Shown here: in pieces, positions 9,748 to 19,052 of the stretch
Layout of the letters: the number at the start of each line of letters is the position of its first letter
Numbering within the stretch: position 1 is the first letter of the stretch
DNA from: an uncultured Alphaproteobacteria bacterium
Lineage (GTDB): Bacteria > Pseudomonadota > Alphaproteobacteria > Methylaequorales > Methylaequoraceae
DNA length: 64,000 nucleotides
Direction: 5' to 3'
Assembly (NCBI GenBank): GCA_902613995.1
Contig: CACMJG010000002.1
Coordinates: forward strand, 74,922-138,921
The notes under the pieces: model-generated
The model's database searches: none
What the model was told of the DNA's origin: nothing
The model's input: the letters and a program-made list of their open reading frames with translations, nothing else
Translations under genes and position numbers: made by a program

Positions 9748-10969
9748 AGTTTCAGAATATAACAAATTTCTTACCTACAATAAAAATAAACTTTTTTTGG
9801 AAGATATTCCCCTAGAAAATTTGGGGAAAAAATTTGACACACCATTATTTTGTTATTCAGTTTCACAAATTGAACACAATTTTTACGAATTACATAAAGC
9901 TTTTAAAAAAGTTAATCCCCTAATTTGTTATGCTCTTAAGGCAAATTTCAATAGTAACATTATTAAAATTTTATCAAACCTTGGATGTGGTATAGATGTT
10001 GTTTCAAATGGTGAACTGCAAAAATCTTTAAAAAATGGGGTTGATAATCAAAAAATTGTTTTTTCCGGTGTAGGAAAAACCAATAAAGAAATTGAAATAG
10101 CCATAAAAAAAAATATCAAACAAATCAATGTTGAGAGTATTGAAGAATTAGAAGAAATTGCAATCATATGCAAAAGGTTAAATAGAAAAATAAATATATG
10201 CTTAAGAGTAAATCCTGATGTGGACGCAAAAACCCATGAAAAAATATCAACTGGTCGCTCTGAAGATAAATTTGGTATATCAGATAAAAAAGTCTTCGAG
10301 ATTTTTAAAAAGTTCAAAAGCAATAAATTTATTAAAATTAAAGGTTTGTCCATGCACATTGGTTCTCAAATTGAATTACTTGAGCCTTTTTATAAAGCTT
10401 TCAAAAAAATTAAATTGCAAATATTAAAACTTAAGAAAGAAGGTTTTGAGGTATCTTCTTTAGATCTAGGAGGCGGTGTCGGGATAAAATACAACGACAA
10501 AAATAAAATTTTAGATATTAAATCTTATGCTCAAGTAATAGATGAATTATTTTCAGATTTAGATTTAGAAATAATAATTGAGCCAGGAAGATATTTAGTG
10601 GGCTCCTCTGGAATAATCTTGTCAAGAGTAATTCGAACAAAAACAGGTAATAATAAAGATTTTGTTATCATAGATGCAGGAATGGACAACCTAATCAGAC
10701 CGGCTTTGTATGGAGCAGAACATAAAATTATTCCAGTAAAAAAAAAGAAGCAAAGAAATCTGAAAAGTTACGATATTGTGGGGCCCATATGCGAGACAAG
10801 CGACGTTTTTACTAAAAAAATGAAAATTCATAGGTTAAACTCAGAAGATTTAGTTGCAATATGCTCGACTGGAGCATATGGTTCTTGTATGGCATCTAAA
10901 TATAATTTGAGAAAGCCAGCTAAAGAAATATTTATAAAAAAAAAGAAAATTATTATTTCAAACACTTAA
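9740..10969 (+). CDS. lysA: Diaminopimelate decarboxylase.
   Basis: PLFCYS...ICYALKANFN (PLP-binding Lys) and a C-terminal CE(T/S)SD motif. The start is taken at ATG 9740 (MIKVSEYN). The ORF track opens at 9713, but that would overlap the upstream lipoprotein. Confidence 0.85.
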   Translation: MIKVSEYNKFLTYNKNKLFLEDIPLENLGKKFDTPLFCYSVSQIEHNFYELHKAFKKVNPLICYALKANFNSNIIKILSNLGCGIDVVSNGELQKSLKNGVDNQKIVFSGVGKTNKEIEIAIKKNIKQINVESIEELEEIAIICKRLNRKINICLRVNPDVDAKTHEKISTGRSEDKFGISDKKVFEIFKKFKSNKFIKIKGLSMHIGSQIELLEPFYKAFKKIKLQILKLKKEGFEVSSLDLGGGVGIKYNDKNKILDIKSYAQVIDELFSDLDLEIIIEPGRYLVGSSGIILSRVIRTKTGNNKDFVIIDAGMDNLIRPALYGAEHKIIPVKKKKQRNLKSYDIVGPICETSDVFTKKMKIHRLNSEDLVAICSTGAYGSCMASKYNLRKPAKEIFIKKKKIIISNT

Positions 10970-11604
10970 TGATGAACGAAATTTTTTTCTTAGATAATAT
11001 CTCAATTTTTTCTAAAAAAAAGAAAATAGAAAATATTAATCTCAAGATCTGCCGCGGAGATTTTTTTGTAATAAAAGGGTCGAATTCAACGGGAAAATCT
11101 TTATTACTAAAATTATTTTATCTAAAGTTACTTCCTTCAAAAGGTTCTCTTTTTTTAAATGGAAAGAAAATCACAGAGGAGTCAAAAAAAAAGATTATTG
11201 AAATTAGAAAAAAAATGGGTGTGATTCTTCAAAACGATTATTTAATACCCTTTTTTACAGTTTACCAGAATATTGAACTTGCAAGTCAAATTCAAAACTT
11301 AAAAACTAGTTTTGCTCAGAGAATGAATGAGATTTCAGAGTGGTTAGACTTAGACGACATCAAAAACGAAAAAACAATGAATCTATCAAATAGTCAAAAA
11401 CAAAAGGTAGTAATTGCAAGAGCTTTGATCAACAATCCAAACATTATAATTGCGGACCAACCTGAAACTTTTTTAGATGAAATGTCTAAGAGAAAAGTTT
11501 TTTACTTATTAGAGTCTTTAAGTAAATTAGGATCGACTATTATAATTACTTCTAGTAAAGATTTGCATATAAAAAGTTCTCATAAAATTCTGGAATTGAA
11601 TTAA
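10969..11604 (+). CDS. ftsE: FtsE-like ABC ATPase (cell-division ABC transporter ATP-binding protein) with non-canonical catalytic motifs.
   Basis: It aligns to FtsE along its whole length. Walker A is GSNSTGKS. The Q-loop is present. The signature is LSNSQ rather than LSGGQ. Walker B is IIIADQPE, so Gln replaces the catalytic Glu. The H-loop position reads SSKD. ftsX follows. Confidence 0.8.
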   Translation: MMNEIFFLDNISIFSKKKKIENINLKICRGDFFVIKGSNSTGKSLLLKLFYLKLLPSKGSLFLNGKKITEESKKKIIEIRKKMGVILQNDYLIPFFTVYQNIELASQIQNLKTSFAQRMNEISEWLDLDDIKNEKTMNLSNSQKQKVVIARALINNPNIIIADQPETFLDEMSKRKVFYLLESLSKLGSTIIITSSKDLHIKSSHKILELN

Positions 11605-11610
11605 AAATTT

Positions 11611-12510
11611 ATGGTAAATTTTCAAGAAATTATAAAAAAGACTCTTCTTAAACAAGAAGAAAAATTTTTTCACGGTTTGTCATTCATTATTATAAGTTTA
11701 ATAACAATACATATAGCTATTTATTTTAATTTTTATAAGTTTTCAAGTAATTGGTTAGAATTAGAATCAAAAAAAACTACATTTATAATTAGTAATTCGG
11801 TTGATGAAAAAAAAATACCACTTGATGTTACAGAAAAAATTACAAATTTCCTTTCAGGAAAGTCAGAGAAGATTGAATTTTATGTAATTGAAAGTAATCT
11901 TATTAAAGAGAGTTTAGGCTTGACAGATCTTTCTGATATGTCCGGGCTAAGCTTACCATTCATTTTTCAAATTGTTACAGATGATAAATTTGTTTTAGAT
12001 GAAGTATATTCCTCTGTGATAAATATTTCAGAAAATAGATTAATAGAAAAGTACTCTCATCAAGATCAGCTTTTTGAAATTTCATCTGTTGTTAATAGAA
12101 TTAAACTTATAATATTTATGATGTTCCTCGTAATAATAACTCTGTTTGCTTTTTTAGTAATGAATATTGTCAAAGCTGCTCTAATTAGCAATTATAAGTT
12201 TTTAGAAATGTTGCAGATAATGGGTGCCAGTAGCTTTGACTTATCAAAAAATATTTCACAAAGCATTATTAAAAAAATAGTTCCAGGTGCCATACTAAGT
12301 ACAATATTTGTTTATTTAATAAGTACTCTGTTAATGAAATTATTCGGTGTAAATTTTGATTTTTTTAATTCTTCTTTTTTTATAGAAATAAATGTTACGA
12401 CGTTCATTATACTGATACTATTTATTGTGACATTTTTAATTGTTTTATTATTTTTTTTAATGTCGTATTTGTTTTATTTTTTTGAGAAAAGGTTTTTTGA
12501 TAAATTTTAG
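11611..12510 (+). CDS. ftsX: FtsX-like permease.
   Basis: It lies directly downstream of ftsE. There is an N-terminal TM, a periplasmic loop and three C-terminal TM helices. Confidence 0.8.
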   Translation: MVNFQEIIKKTLLKQEEKFFHGLSFIIISLITIHIAIYFNFYKFSSNWLELESKKTTFIISNSVDEKKIPLDVTEKITNFLSGKSEKIEFYVIESNLIKESLGLTDLSDMSGLSLPFIFQIVTDDKFVLDEVYSSVINISENRLIEKYSHQDQLFEISSVVNRIKLIIFMMFLVIITLFAFLVMNIVKAALISNYKFLEMLQIMGASSFDLSKNISQSIIKKIVPGAILSTIFVYLISTLLMKLFGVNFDFFNSSFFIEINVTTFIILILFIVTFLIVLLFFLMSYLFYFFEKRFFDKF

Positions 12511-13072
12511 AAAGATTTTTATTTTCTTAGTTTCAATTAATATTATTACTTTGATTTGGTGGTTGATATTAATCTTTAATACGTTCCCTAAGAAATATTA
12601 TTTTTCCGATTCAGTATCAGATAAATATAACTCAGCAATAATTGTATTAACAGGTGGAAAAGGAAGAATTCAAAAAGGAATTGATTTGTACAAAAATAAT
12701 CATGGAAGTTTTTTATTTATTTCGGGTGTATTTCGCGAGTCCGAGTTGGAAATAAAACAACAGATTGAAAGACAAGTATTAAATCATAACTGTTGTGTAA
12801 TTTATGACAAAAATGCTACGAGCACATTTGAGAACGCTTTTGAAGTAAAAAATTGGTTATTTGAAAATCCAGAAATTGAGAATCTGATCTTGGTAAGCTC
12901 TTATTATCACCTTCCGAGAGGTTATATAATATTTAATAATATTGTTGAAAAAAAAATTTTTCTTTCCCCCGCAGAAGATAATATTCAAATAGATAGTAAT
13001 CTTTTTTTTCACATTAAGCTAATTTTTCTGGAATACTTTAAAGTCATTTACACTATCATTTCCCTAATATGA
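12482..13072 (+). CDS. DUF218 (YdcF/ElyC-like) domain protein with an N-terminal membrane anchor.
   Basis: IVLTGGKGRI...TSTFENAFEVKNW...SSYYHLPRG are DUF218 motifs. The start is uncertain. In-frame TTG codons lie at 12482 and 12497, overlapping ftsX by 29 or 14 nt. Confidence 0.6.
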   Translation: MRKGFLINFRKIFIFLVSINIITLIWWLILIFNTFPKKYYFSDSVSDKYNSAIIVLTGGKGRIQKGIDLYKNNHGSFLFISGVFRESELEIKQQIERQVLNHNCCVIYDKNATSTFENAFEVKNWLFENPEIENLILVSSYYHLPRGYIIFNNIVEKKIFLSPAEDNIQIDSNLFFHIKLIFLEYFKVIYTIISLI

Positions 13073-13758
13073 GATTTTTAAGAAGCTTTACCTTTTATAT
13101 TTTTTTTTATACAGGAACGATTTTTTTTTTCTTAATTTTCTCACCTGTCCGCTTTTTTACTAGAAACTTTGTTGTAATACTCTCAACCTTTTGGACAAAA
13201 TCGGTAATAAAACTCTCAAAATCAATTCTCGGAATCAAATATGAAGTAGAAGGTTACGAAAATATTCCTAAATCTGGTTCTTTTGTTGTAGCAAGTAACC
13301 ATCAATCAGCATGGGAAACTTTCTTTCTTGGTTCACTTTTTCCAGGTTCAATTTTTATACTCAAATATGAATTAAAAAAAATTCCAATATTTTCTCAGTA
13401 TTTCAAAAAGCTTGGATTTATATTTGTGAAAAGAGATAAAGCATTTGATTCACTAAAGATTCTTCTAAAATCTGTCAAAAAATTAATCTCAAAAAATAAT
13501 TGTATTTTTGTCATTTTTCCAGAGGGAACAAGAATAAAGCCTGGAGAGAGAATAAAACTTAATTCAGGTGTTTTTGCTATCCATAAATTTGCAAATTTAC
13601 CAATTCTTCCAATCAAACTTAACTCTGGTAAGTATTGGACTAATAAAAAATTTATCAAAAGGAAAGGTAAAATTATTGTAAAGATCTTCCCACTTATAAA
13701 TAAAGAAGATAATAAAAAAAAAGTAATGACAAAACTTGAATATTATTATTATCACTAA
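13069..13758 (+). CDS. plsC: 1-acyl-sn-glycerol-3-phosphate acyltransferase.
   Basis: NHQSAWE (HX4D-type) and FPEGTR acyltransferase motifs, with an N-terminal TM. Confidence 0.8.
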   Translation: MRFLRSFTFYIFFYTGTIFFFLIFSPVRFFTRNFVVILSTFWTKSVIKLSKSILGIKYEVEGYENIPKSGSFVVASNHQSAWETFFLGSLFPGSIFILKYELKKIPIFSQYFKKLGFIFVKRDKAFDSLKILLKSVKKLISKNNCIFVIFPEGTRIKPGERIKLNSGVFAIHKFANLPILPIKLNSGKYWTNKKFIKRKGKIIVKIFPLINKEDNKKKVMTKLEYYYYH

Positions 13759-13764
13759 ATAATT

Positions 13765-14631
13765 TCATATTCTTTTTTTTATAATACTATTTCTTATTTC
13801 TTTAGTTCTTTTAAGCAACCTAAATATTTGGGAATATTTTTCATCTTCTATTAGGTTTTTTATTTTTTCTATATCTTTTAAAAAAAGTGAAAGCGTATCC
13901 TTTAAAAATTCTTTATTCCTCAGAAAAATATCAGTCCACATTTTCGGATCTGAGGAACCGATTCTTGTGAAATCTTTAAACCCTCCCGCAGCAAAATTTA
14001 TTAATTCATTCTTTTTCTTTATGTTAAGGTTAAAAGCTGTTCCCACAATTGTAAATGCTATTAAATGAGGTAAATGAGAGGTAATGGACATAATTTTATC
14101 ATGTTCATTTACTTTCATTGTTGCAACTTTCATTCCTATTCTTTTCCAAATTTCGCCAATAATTCGTATTGATTTTTTATTGTCACTTATTGGGGTTAAA
14201 ATACACCACTTGTCTTGAAAAAGACTGTTCAAAGCATTTTTGGCGCCTGAATGCTCTGTTCCAGCTATCGGATGACCAGGAACTAAAGAAAATTTTTTAT
14301 CATTAAGTTTAAGAGTTTTTTTTTCAAAAATATTTTTCACAGATCCGACATCTGATATAATTTGATCACTTTCTGTAAAGTGTGATAATTCATAAATAAT
14401 TTTGTCTATTAAACTAACTGGAGTGCAAATAAAAATAACAGAACTCTTTTTAATTCTTTTGTCTATTTTCTCTCTTTTTTCATCAATAGCTTTGATTGAG
14501 TAAGCATCACGAAGATTTTGTTTAGATGTGTCAATCCCAATAATTTTTTTACATATTTTTTTTCTTTTTAATGAGAGTCCAAGTGAAGCTCCAATTAGTC
14601 CAGGGCCTATAATTGTGATTTCTTTATACAT
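13765..14631 (-). CDS. tyrC: Prephenate/cyclohexadienyl dehydrogenase.
   Basis: ITIIGPGLIGASLGLSL Rossmann motif. It is adjacent to and overlapping hisC, the conserved alphaproteobacterial hisC-tyrC arrangement. Confidence 0.8.
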   Translation of the reverse strand: MYKEITIIGPGLIGASLGLSLKRKKICKKIIGIDTSKQNLRDAYSIKAIDEKREKIDKRIKKSSVIFICTPVSLIDKIIYELSHFTESDQIISDVGSVKNIFEKKTLKLNDKKFSLVPGHPIAGTEHSGAKNALNSLFQDKWCILTPISDNKKSIRIIGEIWKRIGMKVATMKVNEHDKIMSITSHLPHLIAFTIVGTAFNLNIKKKNELINFAAGGFKDFTRIGSSDPKMWTDIFLRNKEFLKDTLSLFLKDIEKIKNLIEDEKYSQIFRLLKRTKEIRNSIIKKRI

Positions 14632-15736
14632 TTTTTGTGTTGATTGAATTTCTTAGCTCTTTTAAGAATTTTTTTAGATCACTTGTGGAGCCTATTGAAA
14701 CTCTAAAAAAGTGTTTCATTCCATAATTACTTAAATCTCTTACCAGGATTTTTTTTTTTTTTAAAAAACTTAAAATTTTTGCTTTCGAGTATTTTTTTTC
14801 ATTAACTTTTATAAGAACAAAATTTGTAAAACTTTCATATGACTCAAGGCCAATCTTTTTTATTTCAGTCGGAAGAATCTTTCTCCATTTATCATTATGA
14901 ATTATTGACTTTCTCAAAAACTCTTTCTCCTTCAATATAAGCGTTCCTATGTTCTGAGACAGTGTATTGACATTAAATGGTCCTCTTACTTTTTCTAAAA
15001 GTTCAATTATTTTTTCATTTGAATATGCCCAACCCAACCTAAGCCCAGCCAAAGCAAAAATTTTTGAGAAGGTTCGCGTTACAACAATATTTGGAAATTT
15101 ATTAATCAACTCAATCCCATCAGTATATCTTCCATCTGTAATAAACTCAGAGTATGCACCATCTAAAACCACAACTATATTTTTAGGTACATTTTTTAAA
15201 AAGTTTAACAGCTCTTCTTTAAAAATTATTGTTCCTGTCGGATTATTTGGGTTTGCTATAAAAATTATTCTTGTTAGCTTAGTTATACTTTTCAAAATAT
15301 TATCACATGAAATCTTCAGTTTATCTGATTTTGCTATAACAACTTTGCACCCAGAGGCTCTTGCAATTATTGGATAGTAGGTAAAACCAAATTCACTACA
15401 AATTACCTCGCCGCCCTCTTTTGAGAAAGTTTGCGCTATTACAGACAAGACGTCGTCTGATCCGTTTCCACAAATTATATTTTTAAATTTTAAATTGAAG
15501 GTTTTTACTAATTGATTCTTTAATTGATTACAATCACCATCAGGATAAAGGTTTGAAGAAAGAACTAAACTATTCACTTTATTTATTACTTTTCTTGGAA
15601 TTTTAAAAGGCGACTCATTTGAAGAAAGTTTGGATATTTTTTCTTTACTGTTTGTACTTAATGATTCACCGGGAATGTACTTTTCTATTTCATTTATAGA
15701 AGGTTTTACTATGTCTTTAATATTGAAACTAACCAT
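14624..15736 (-). CDS. hisC: Histidinol-phosphate aminotransferase.
   Basis: KLSSNESPF N-terminal motif and a class-II aminotransferase fold (GLRLGWA). Confidence 0.85.
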   Translation of the reverse strand: MVSFNIKDIVKPSINEIEKYIPGESLSTNSKEKISKLSSNESPFKIPRKVINKVNSLVLSSNLYPDGDCNQLKNQLVKTFNLKFKNIICGNGSDDVLSVIAQTFSKEGGEVICSEFGFTYYPIIARASGCKVVIAKSDKLKISCDNILKSITKLTRIIFIANPNNPTGTIIFKEELLNFLKNVPKNIVVVLDGAYSEFITDGRYTDGIELINKFPNIVVTRTFSKIFALAGLRLGWAYSNEKIIELLEKVRGPFNVNTLSQNIGTLILKEKEFLRKSIIHNDKWRKILPTEIKKIGLESYESFTNFVLIKVNEKKYSKAKILSFLKKKKILVRDLSNYGMKHFFRVSIGSTSDLKKFLKELRNSINTKNV

Positions 15737-15826
15737 AAACTTTTATTTTCAAAATAAAATTATTTTGACTACTTAATCAACATAGTTATGATGCGTTTTA
15801 AGTCAAATAAATTAATATAAAAGTAA
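15737..15826 (+). promoter_or_regulatory. metX 5' leader with predicted secondary structure. It is a candidate SAM-responsive element or attenuator.
   Basis: A 7-bp stem ATTTTGACT/AGTCAAAAT lies at about 15762-15770 and 15800-15808. The 5' ACTTTT (15739-15744) is complementary to AAAAGT (15819-15824), which overlaps the SD region of metX. Confidence 0.2.
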
Positions 15827-16948
15827 ATGAAATCTTTAATTCCAATTGATAAATTCCAAATTAAAAATCCAATTAAACTTGATTCTGGAGAATATGTAGA
15901 TTCATGTGAAGTTGCTTTTAAAACTTATGGAACTTTGAACAAAAAAAAAACTAACGCAATTTTGGTATGCCATGCTTTATCTGGTGATCAGTTCTGTTCA
16001 GACATTAACCCACTTACAAAAAAACAAGGCTGGTGGAATATTTTAATTGGTCCAGGTAAAGTTATTGATACGAACATTTTTTTTGTAATATGCAGTAATG
16101 TTTTAGGTGGGTGTATGGGAAGTACTGGTCCTTCATCAGTTAACCCTCAAACTAAAACAAATTACGGATTAAAATTTCCTGTCATTACGATTTCAGATAT
16201 GGTCAAAGTACAAGAAAAACTAGTCTCAGCTCTCGGCATAAAAAAGTTATTTGCCGTAATCGGGGGCTCTATGGGTGGTATGCAAACTTTAGAGTGGGCA
16301 ACTAAATTCAGCAACAAAGTTAATGTTGCAATTCCTATCGCGACTTCCTATCGACACTCTGCTCAAAACATTGCATTTCACGAAATTGGAAGGCAAGCAA
16401 TCATGGCTGATCCAGTCTGGAACAAAGGAAACTATTATAAGACAAGAAAGGGGCCTAAAGGCGGGCTGTCAGTTGCAAGAATGATAGCTCATATAACTTA
16501 TTTATCAGAGCGTGCGCTTCAGAGAAAATTTGGTAGAAATCTTCAAAATAGTGATTTCTTTTCTTTTAATTTTGATACAGATTTTCAAATTGAAAGTTAC
16601 TTAAAACATCAGGGAAGTTCATTTGTAGAAAGGTTTGACGCTAACAGTTATCTTTATATAACAAAAGCAATGGACTATTTTGATCTGTCAGTAAAAAAAG
16701 GCGGACTTTCAAATGTTTTTAAAAATTCAAATGTAAACTTTTGTTTTTTTTCATTTACATCTGATTGGTTGTTTCCAACTTCAGAAACAAAAACAATAAT
16801 TAAATCTCTTAATAGTTCTAATGCAATGGTGAGTTTTGTTGAAATAAAAACAGACAAGGGTCACGATGCATTTCTTTTAGATGAACCAGAGTTCCACGCA
16901 ACACTCAAAGGTTTTATACAGGGACAGATTGGAAAGCACGAAATATGA
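15827..16948 (+). CDS. metX: Homoserine O-acyltransferase (MetX family).
   Basis: GEYVDSCEVAFKTYGTLN...AILVCHALSGDQ and an alpha/beta hydrolase GGSMGG nucleophile elbow. Confidence 0.9.
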   Translation: MKSLIPIDKFQIKNPIKLDSGEYVDSCEVAFKTYGTLNKKKTNAILVCHALSGDQFCSDINPLTKKQGWWNILIGPGKVIDTNIFFVICSNVLGGCMGSTGPSSVNPQTKTNYGLKFPVITISDMVKVQEKLVSALGIKKLFAVIGGSMGGMQTLEWATKFSNKVNVAIPIATSYRHSAQNIAFHEIGRQAIMADPVWNKGNYYKTRKGPKGGLSVARMIAHITYLSERALQRKFGRNLQNSDFFSFNFDTDFQIESYLKHQGSSFVERFDANSYLYITKAMDYFDLSVKKGGLSNVFKNSNVNFCFFSFTSDWLFPTSETKTIIKSLNSSNAMVSFVEIKTDKGHDAFLLDEPEFHATLKGFIQGQIGKHEI

Positions 16949-17556
16949 GAAAAAATTTAAGAAAAGATCTATTCGTAATTTCTAAGTTAATAAATGATAA
17001 AGAAACAATATTAGACGTGGGTTGTGGAAGCGGAAATCTTTTGGATTTTCTTTTAAAAACAAAAAAAGCTTTCTGCAGAGGAATTGAGATCAGTCAAACC
17101 GGGGTGAATGATTGTGTTAAGAAAGGACTTTCAGTAATTCAAGGAGATGCTAACTATGATTTAGATGACTATCCTAATAACGCATTTAGTACTGTAATTT
17201 TAAGTCAAACAATACAAGCTATGATTTTTCCTGATACAGTTATAAAAAATTTAATAAGGATAGGCAGGCGAGCAATAATCTCATTCCCAAATTTTGGCTA
17301 CTGGAAAGTCCGAAAGGATTTACTGTTTAAAGGAAAAATGCCAAAAAATGATATCCTACCATATGAATGGTTTGACACGCCAAATATACACTTATGCTCA
17401 TGTAAGGATTTCAAACTATTTTGTAAGAACAATAATATTATAATAGAAAAATTTATGTGTCTTAGCGAAAAAGGAATTGAAATGAAGACAAATTATTTTT
17501 CAAATTTATTAGCGTATCAAGTAATTTTTTGTGTATCAAAAAAGAAGAAAAATTGA
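16945..17556 (+). CDS. metW: Methionine biosynthesis protein MetW.
   Basis: ILDVGCGSGNLL SAM-methyltransferase-like motif. It is overlap-coupled to metX, the classic metXW pair. Confidence 0.85.
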   Translation: MRKNLRKDLFVISKLINDKETILDVGCGSGNLLDFLLKTKKAFCRGIEISQTGVNDCVKKGLSVIQGDANYDLDDYPNNAFSTVILSQTIQAMIFPDTVIKNLIRIGRRAIISFPNFGYWKVRKDLLFKGKMPKNDILPYEWFDTPNIHLCSCKDFKLFCKNNNIIIEKFMCLSEKGIEMKTNYFSNLLAYQVIFCVSKKKKN

Positions 17557-17568
17557 TAGAAATAAGAT

Positions 17569-18333
17569 GTGATAGAAATAATTCAAATTCCATTATTGTC
17601 AGATAACTACTCATACATAATTAGAGATAAAAACACTAATATTACAGGCTGTATAGACCCTTCGGTTTCAAAGGAAATAGCTAATGTATTACAAAATAGA
17701 GGAATTGATCTTAACTTCATTTTAAATACTCATCATCATCAAGATCATGTTGGAGGGAATCAAGAACTAAAAGAAATGTATAACTGTAAAATTATTGGTT
17801 GCTACGATGATCAAAATAGAATTCCAGGAATAGACATCAAACTTAAAGATAATGAAGAGTTTAATATTGGTGAAAGCTTATTTAAAGTAATTGATACACC
17901 GGGTCATACCATTGGGCATATTTGCTTTTATTTTAAGGATCACAATTTTTTATTTTGTGGAGATACAATTTTTTCTCTAGGTTGTGGAAGACTGTTTGAG
18001 GGTTCATACGAACAAATGACAGAATCAATTTTGAAAATCCGCTCCCTACCTGATTGTACAAAAATATTTTGTGGACATGAGTATACAGAATCTAATGCAA
18101 AATTTGCAGAGTTTCTTGACCCTGGTGATGATTTATTAAAAAAGAAAATATTAAATATTAAGAAAGATAGGTTGGAATCAAAACCAACAATTCCGGCGAT
18201 ACTGGAAGAAGAAAAAAAGCTAAATCCATTTATGAAATTTGACAACCAGGAGTATTTAGATTCTATAAAAATTGAAAATATTTCAAATTCAGAAAATTTC
18301 AAAAGGATAAGGATAATGAAAGATAATTTTTAA
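17569..18333 (+). CDS. gloB: Hydroxyacylglutathione hydrolase (glyoxalase II).
   Basis: THHHQDHVGGN metallo-beta-lactamase motif and glyoxalase II length and C-terminus. GTG start. Confidence 0.8.
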   Translation: MIEIIQIPLLSDNYSYIIRDKNTNITGCIDPSVSKEIANVLQNRGIDLNFILNTHHHQDHVGGNQELKEMYNCKIIGCYDDQNRIPGIDIKLKDNEEFNIGESLFKVIDTPGHTIGHICFYFKDHNFLFCGDTIFSLGCGRLFEGSYEQMTESILKIRSLPDCTKIFCGHEYTESNAKFAEFLDPGDDLLKKKILNIKKDRLESKPTIPAILEEEKKLNPFMKFDNQEYLDSIKIENISNSENFKRIRIMKDNF

Positions 18334-19052
18334 TCCATCCATAAGCCACCATTTATAGAAAAGGTAGAGCCATTTACATAGCTGGCTTTATCTGAAACAA
18401 GATAATCTACCATTTCTGCGACTTCATCAGCCTCACCCAATCTCTTATTTGGTATTGTTTCGATAATAGATTTTAAGATGTCTTCTCTAATGGCCGCGAC
18501 CATTTCTGTATTGATATAACCAGGACAAATTACATTAGAAGTAATCCCCTTACTGGCACTTTCAAGTGCTAAAGATTTTGAGAAACCGATAAGGGCTGAT
18601 TTTGTCGCTGCATAATTGGTTTGACCAAACTGCCCCTTTTGTCCATTTACAGAAGATATGTGAATTATTCTTCCAAAGCTATTTTCTCTCATTTTATTAA
18701 TTACTAATGATGTCATATTAAAGATTGAGTTTAAGTTAACATCAATAACTTTTTGCCAGTTATCTTTACTCATTTTATGAAGGGGTGCGTCCCTTGTAAT
18801 TCCTGCATTATTTATAAGAATATCAACATTTTTATTATCCTCATAGATTTTATTGACTGATTTTTGGCATTCGTCATAATTGCTAACATCCCACTTAATT
18901 ACTTCGATGTTATTTTCTTTTGAAAAAGATTCCGCAGCATCGTCATTACTTGTATAATTAGCAATGACTTTAAAGTTTGATGACTTTAATTTTTTGGAAA
19001 TTGCGGCACCTATACCTCTGGTTCCTCCTGTAACAATTGCTATTTTTGTCAT
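18330..19052 (-). CDS. phaB: NADPH-dependent acetoacetyl-CoA reductase (SDR).
   Basis: IAIVTGGTRGIGAAIS and the SDR catalytic YxxxK. It lies immediately downstream of the thiolase with a 1-nt overlap. Confidence 0.7.
   Translation of the reverse strand: MTKIAIVTGGTRGIGAAISKKLKSSNFKVIANYTSNDDAAESFSKENNIEVIKWDVSNYDECQKSVNKIYEDNKNVDILINNAGITRDAPLHKMSKDNWQKVIDVNLNSIFNMTSLVINKMRENSFGRIIHISSVNGQKGQFGQTNYAATKSALIGFSKSLALESASKGITSNVICPGYINTEMVAAIREDILKSIIETIPNKRLGEADEVAEMVDYLVSDKASYVNGSTFSINGGLWMD

Noticed and set aside
10048-10427. Overlapping 103-aa (minus) and 69-aa (plus) ORFs.
   Set aside because: Both lie inside lysA and are AT-rich frame artefacts.
14967-15377. 136-aa plus-strand ORF.
   Set aside because: It is antisense inside hisC and has no recognisable motifs.
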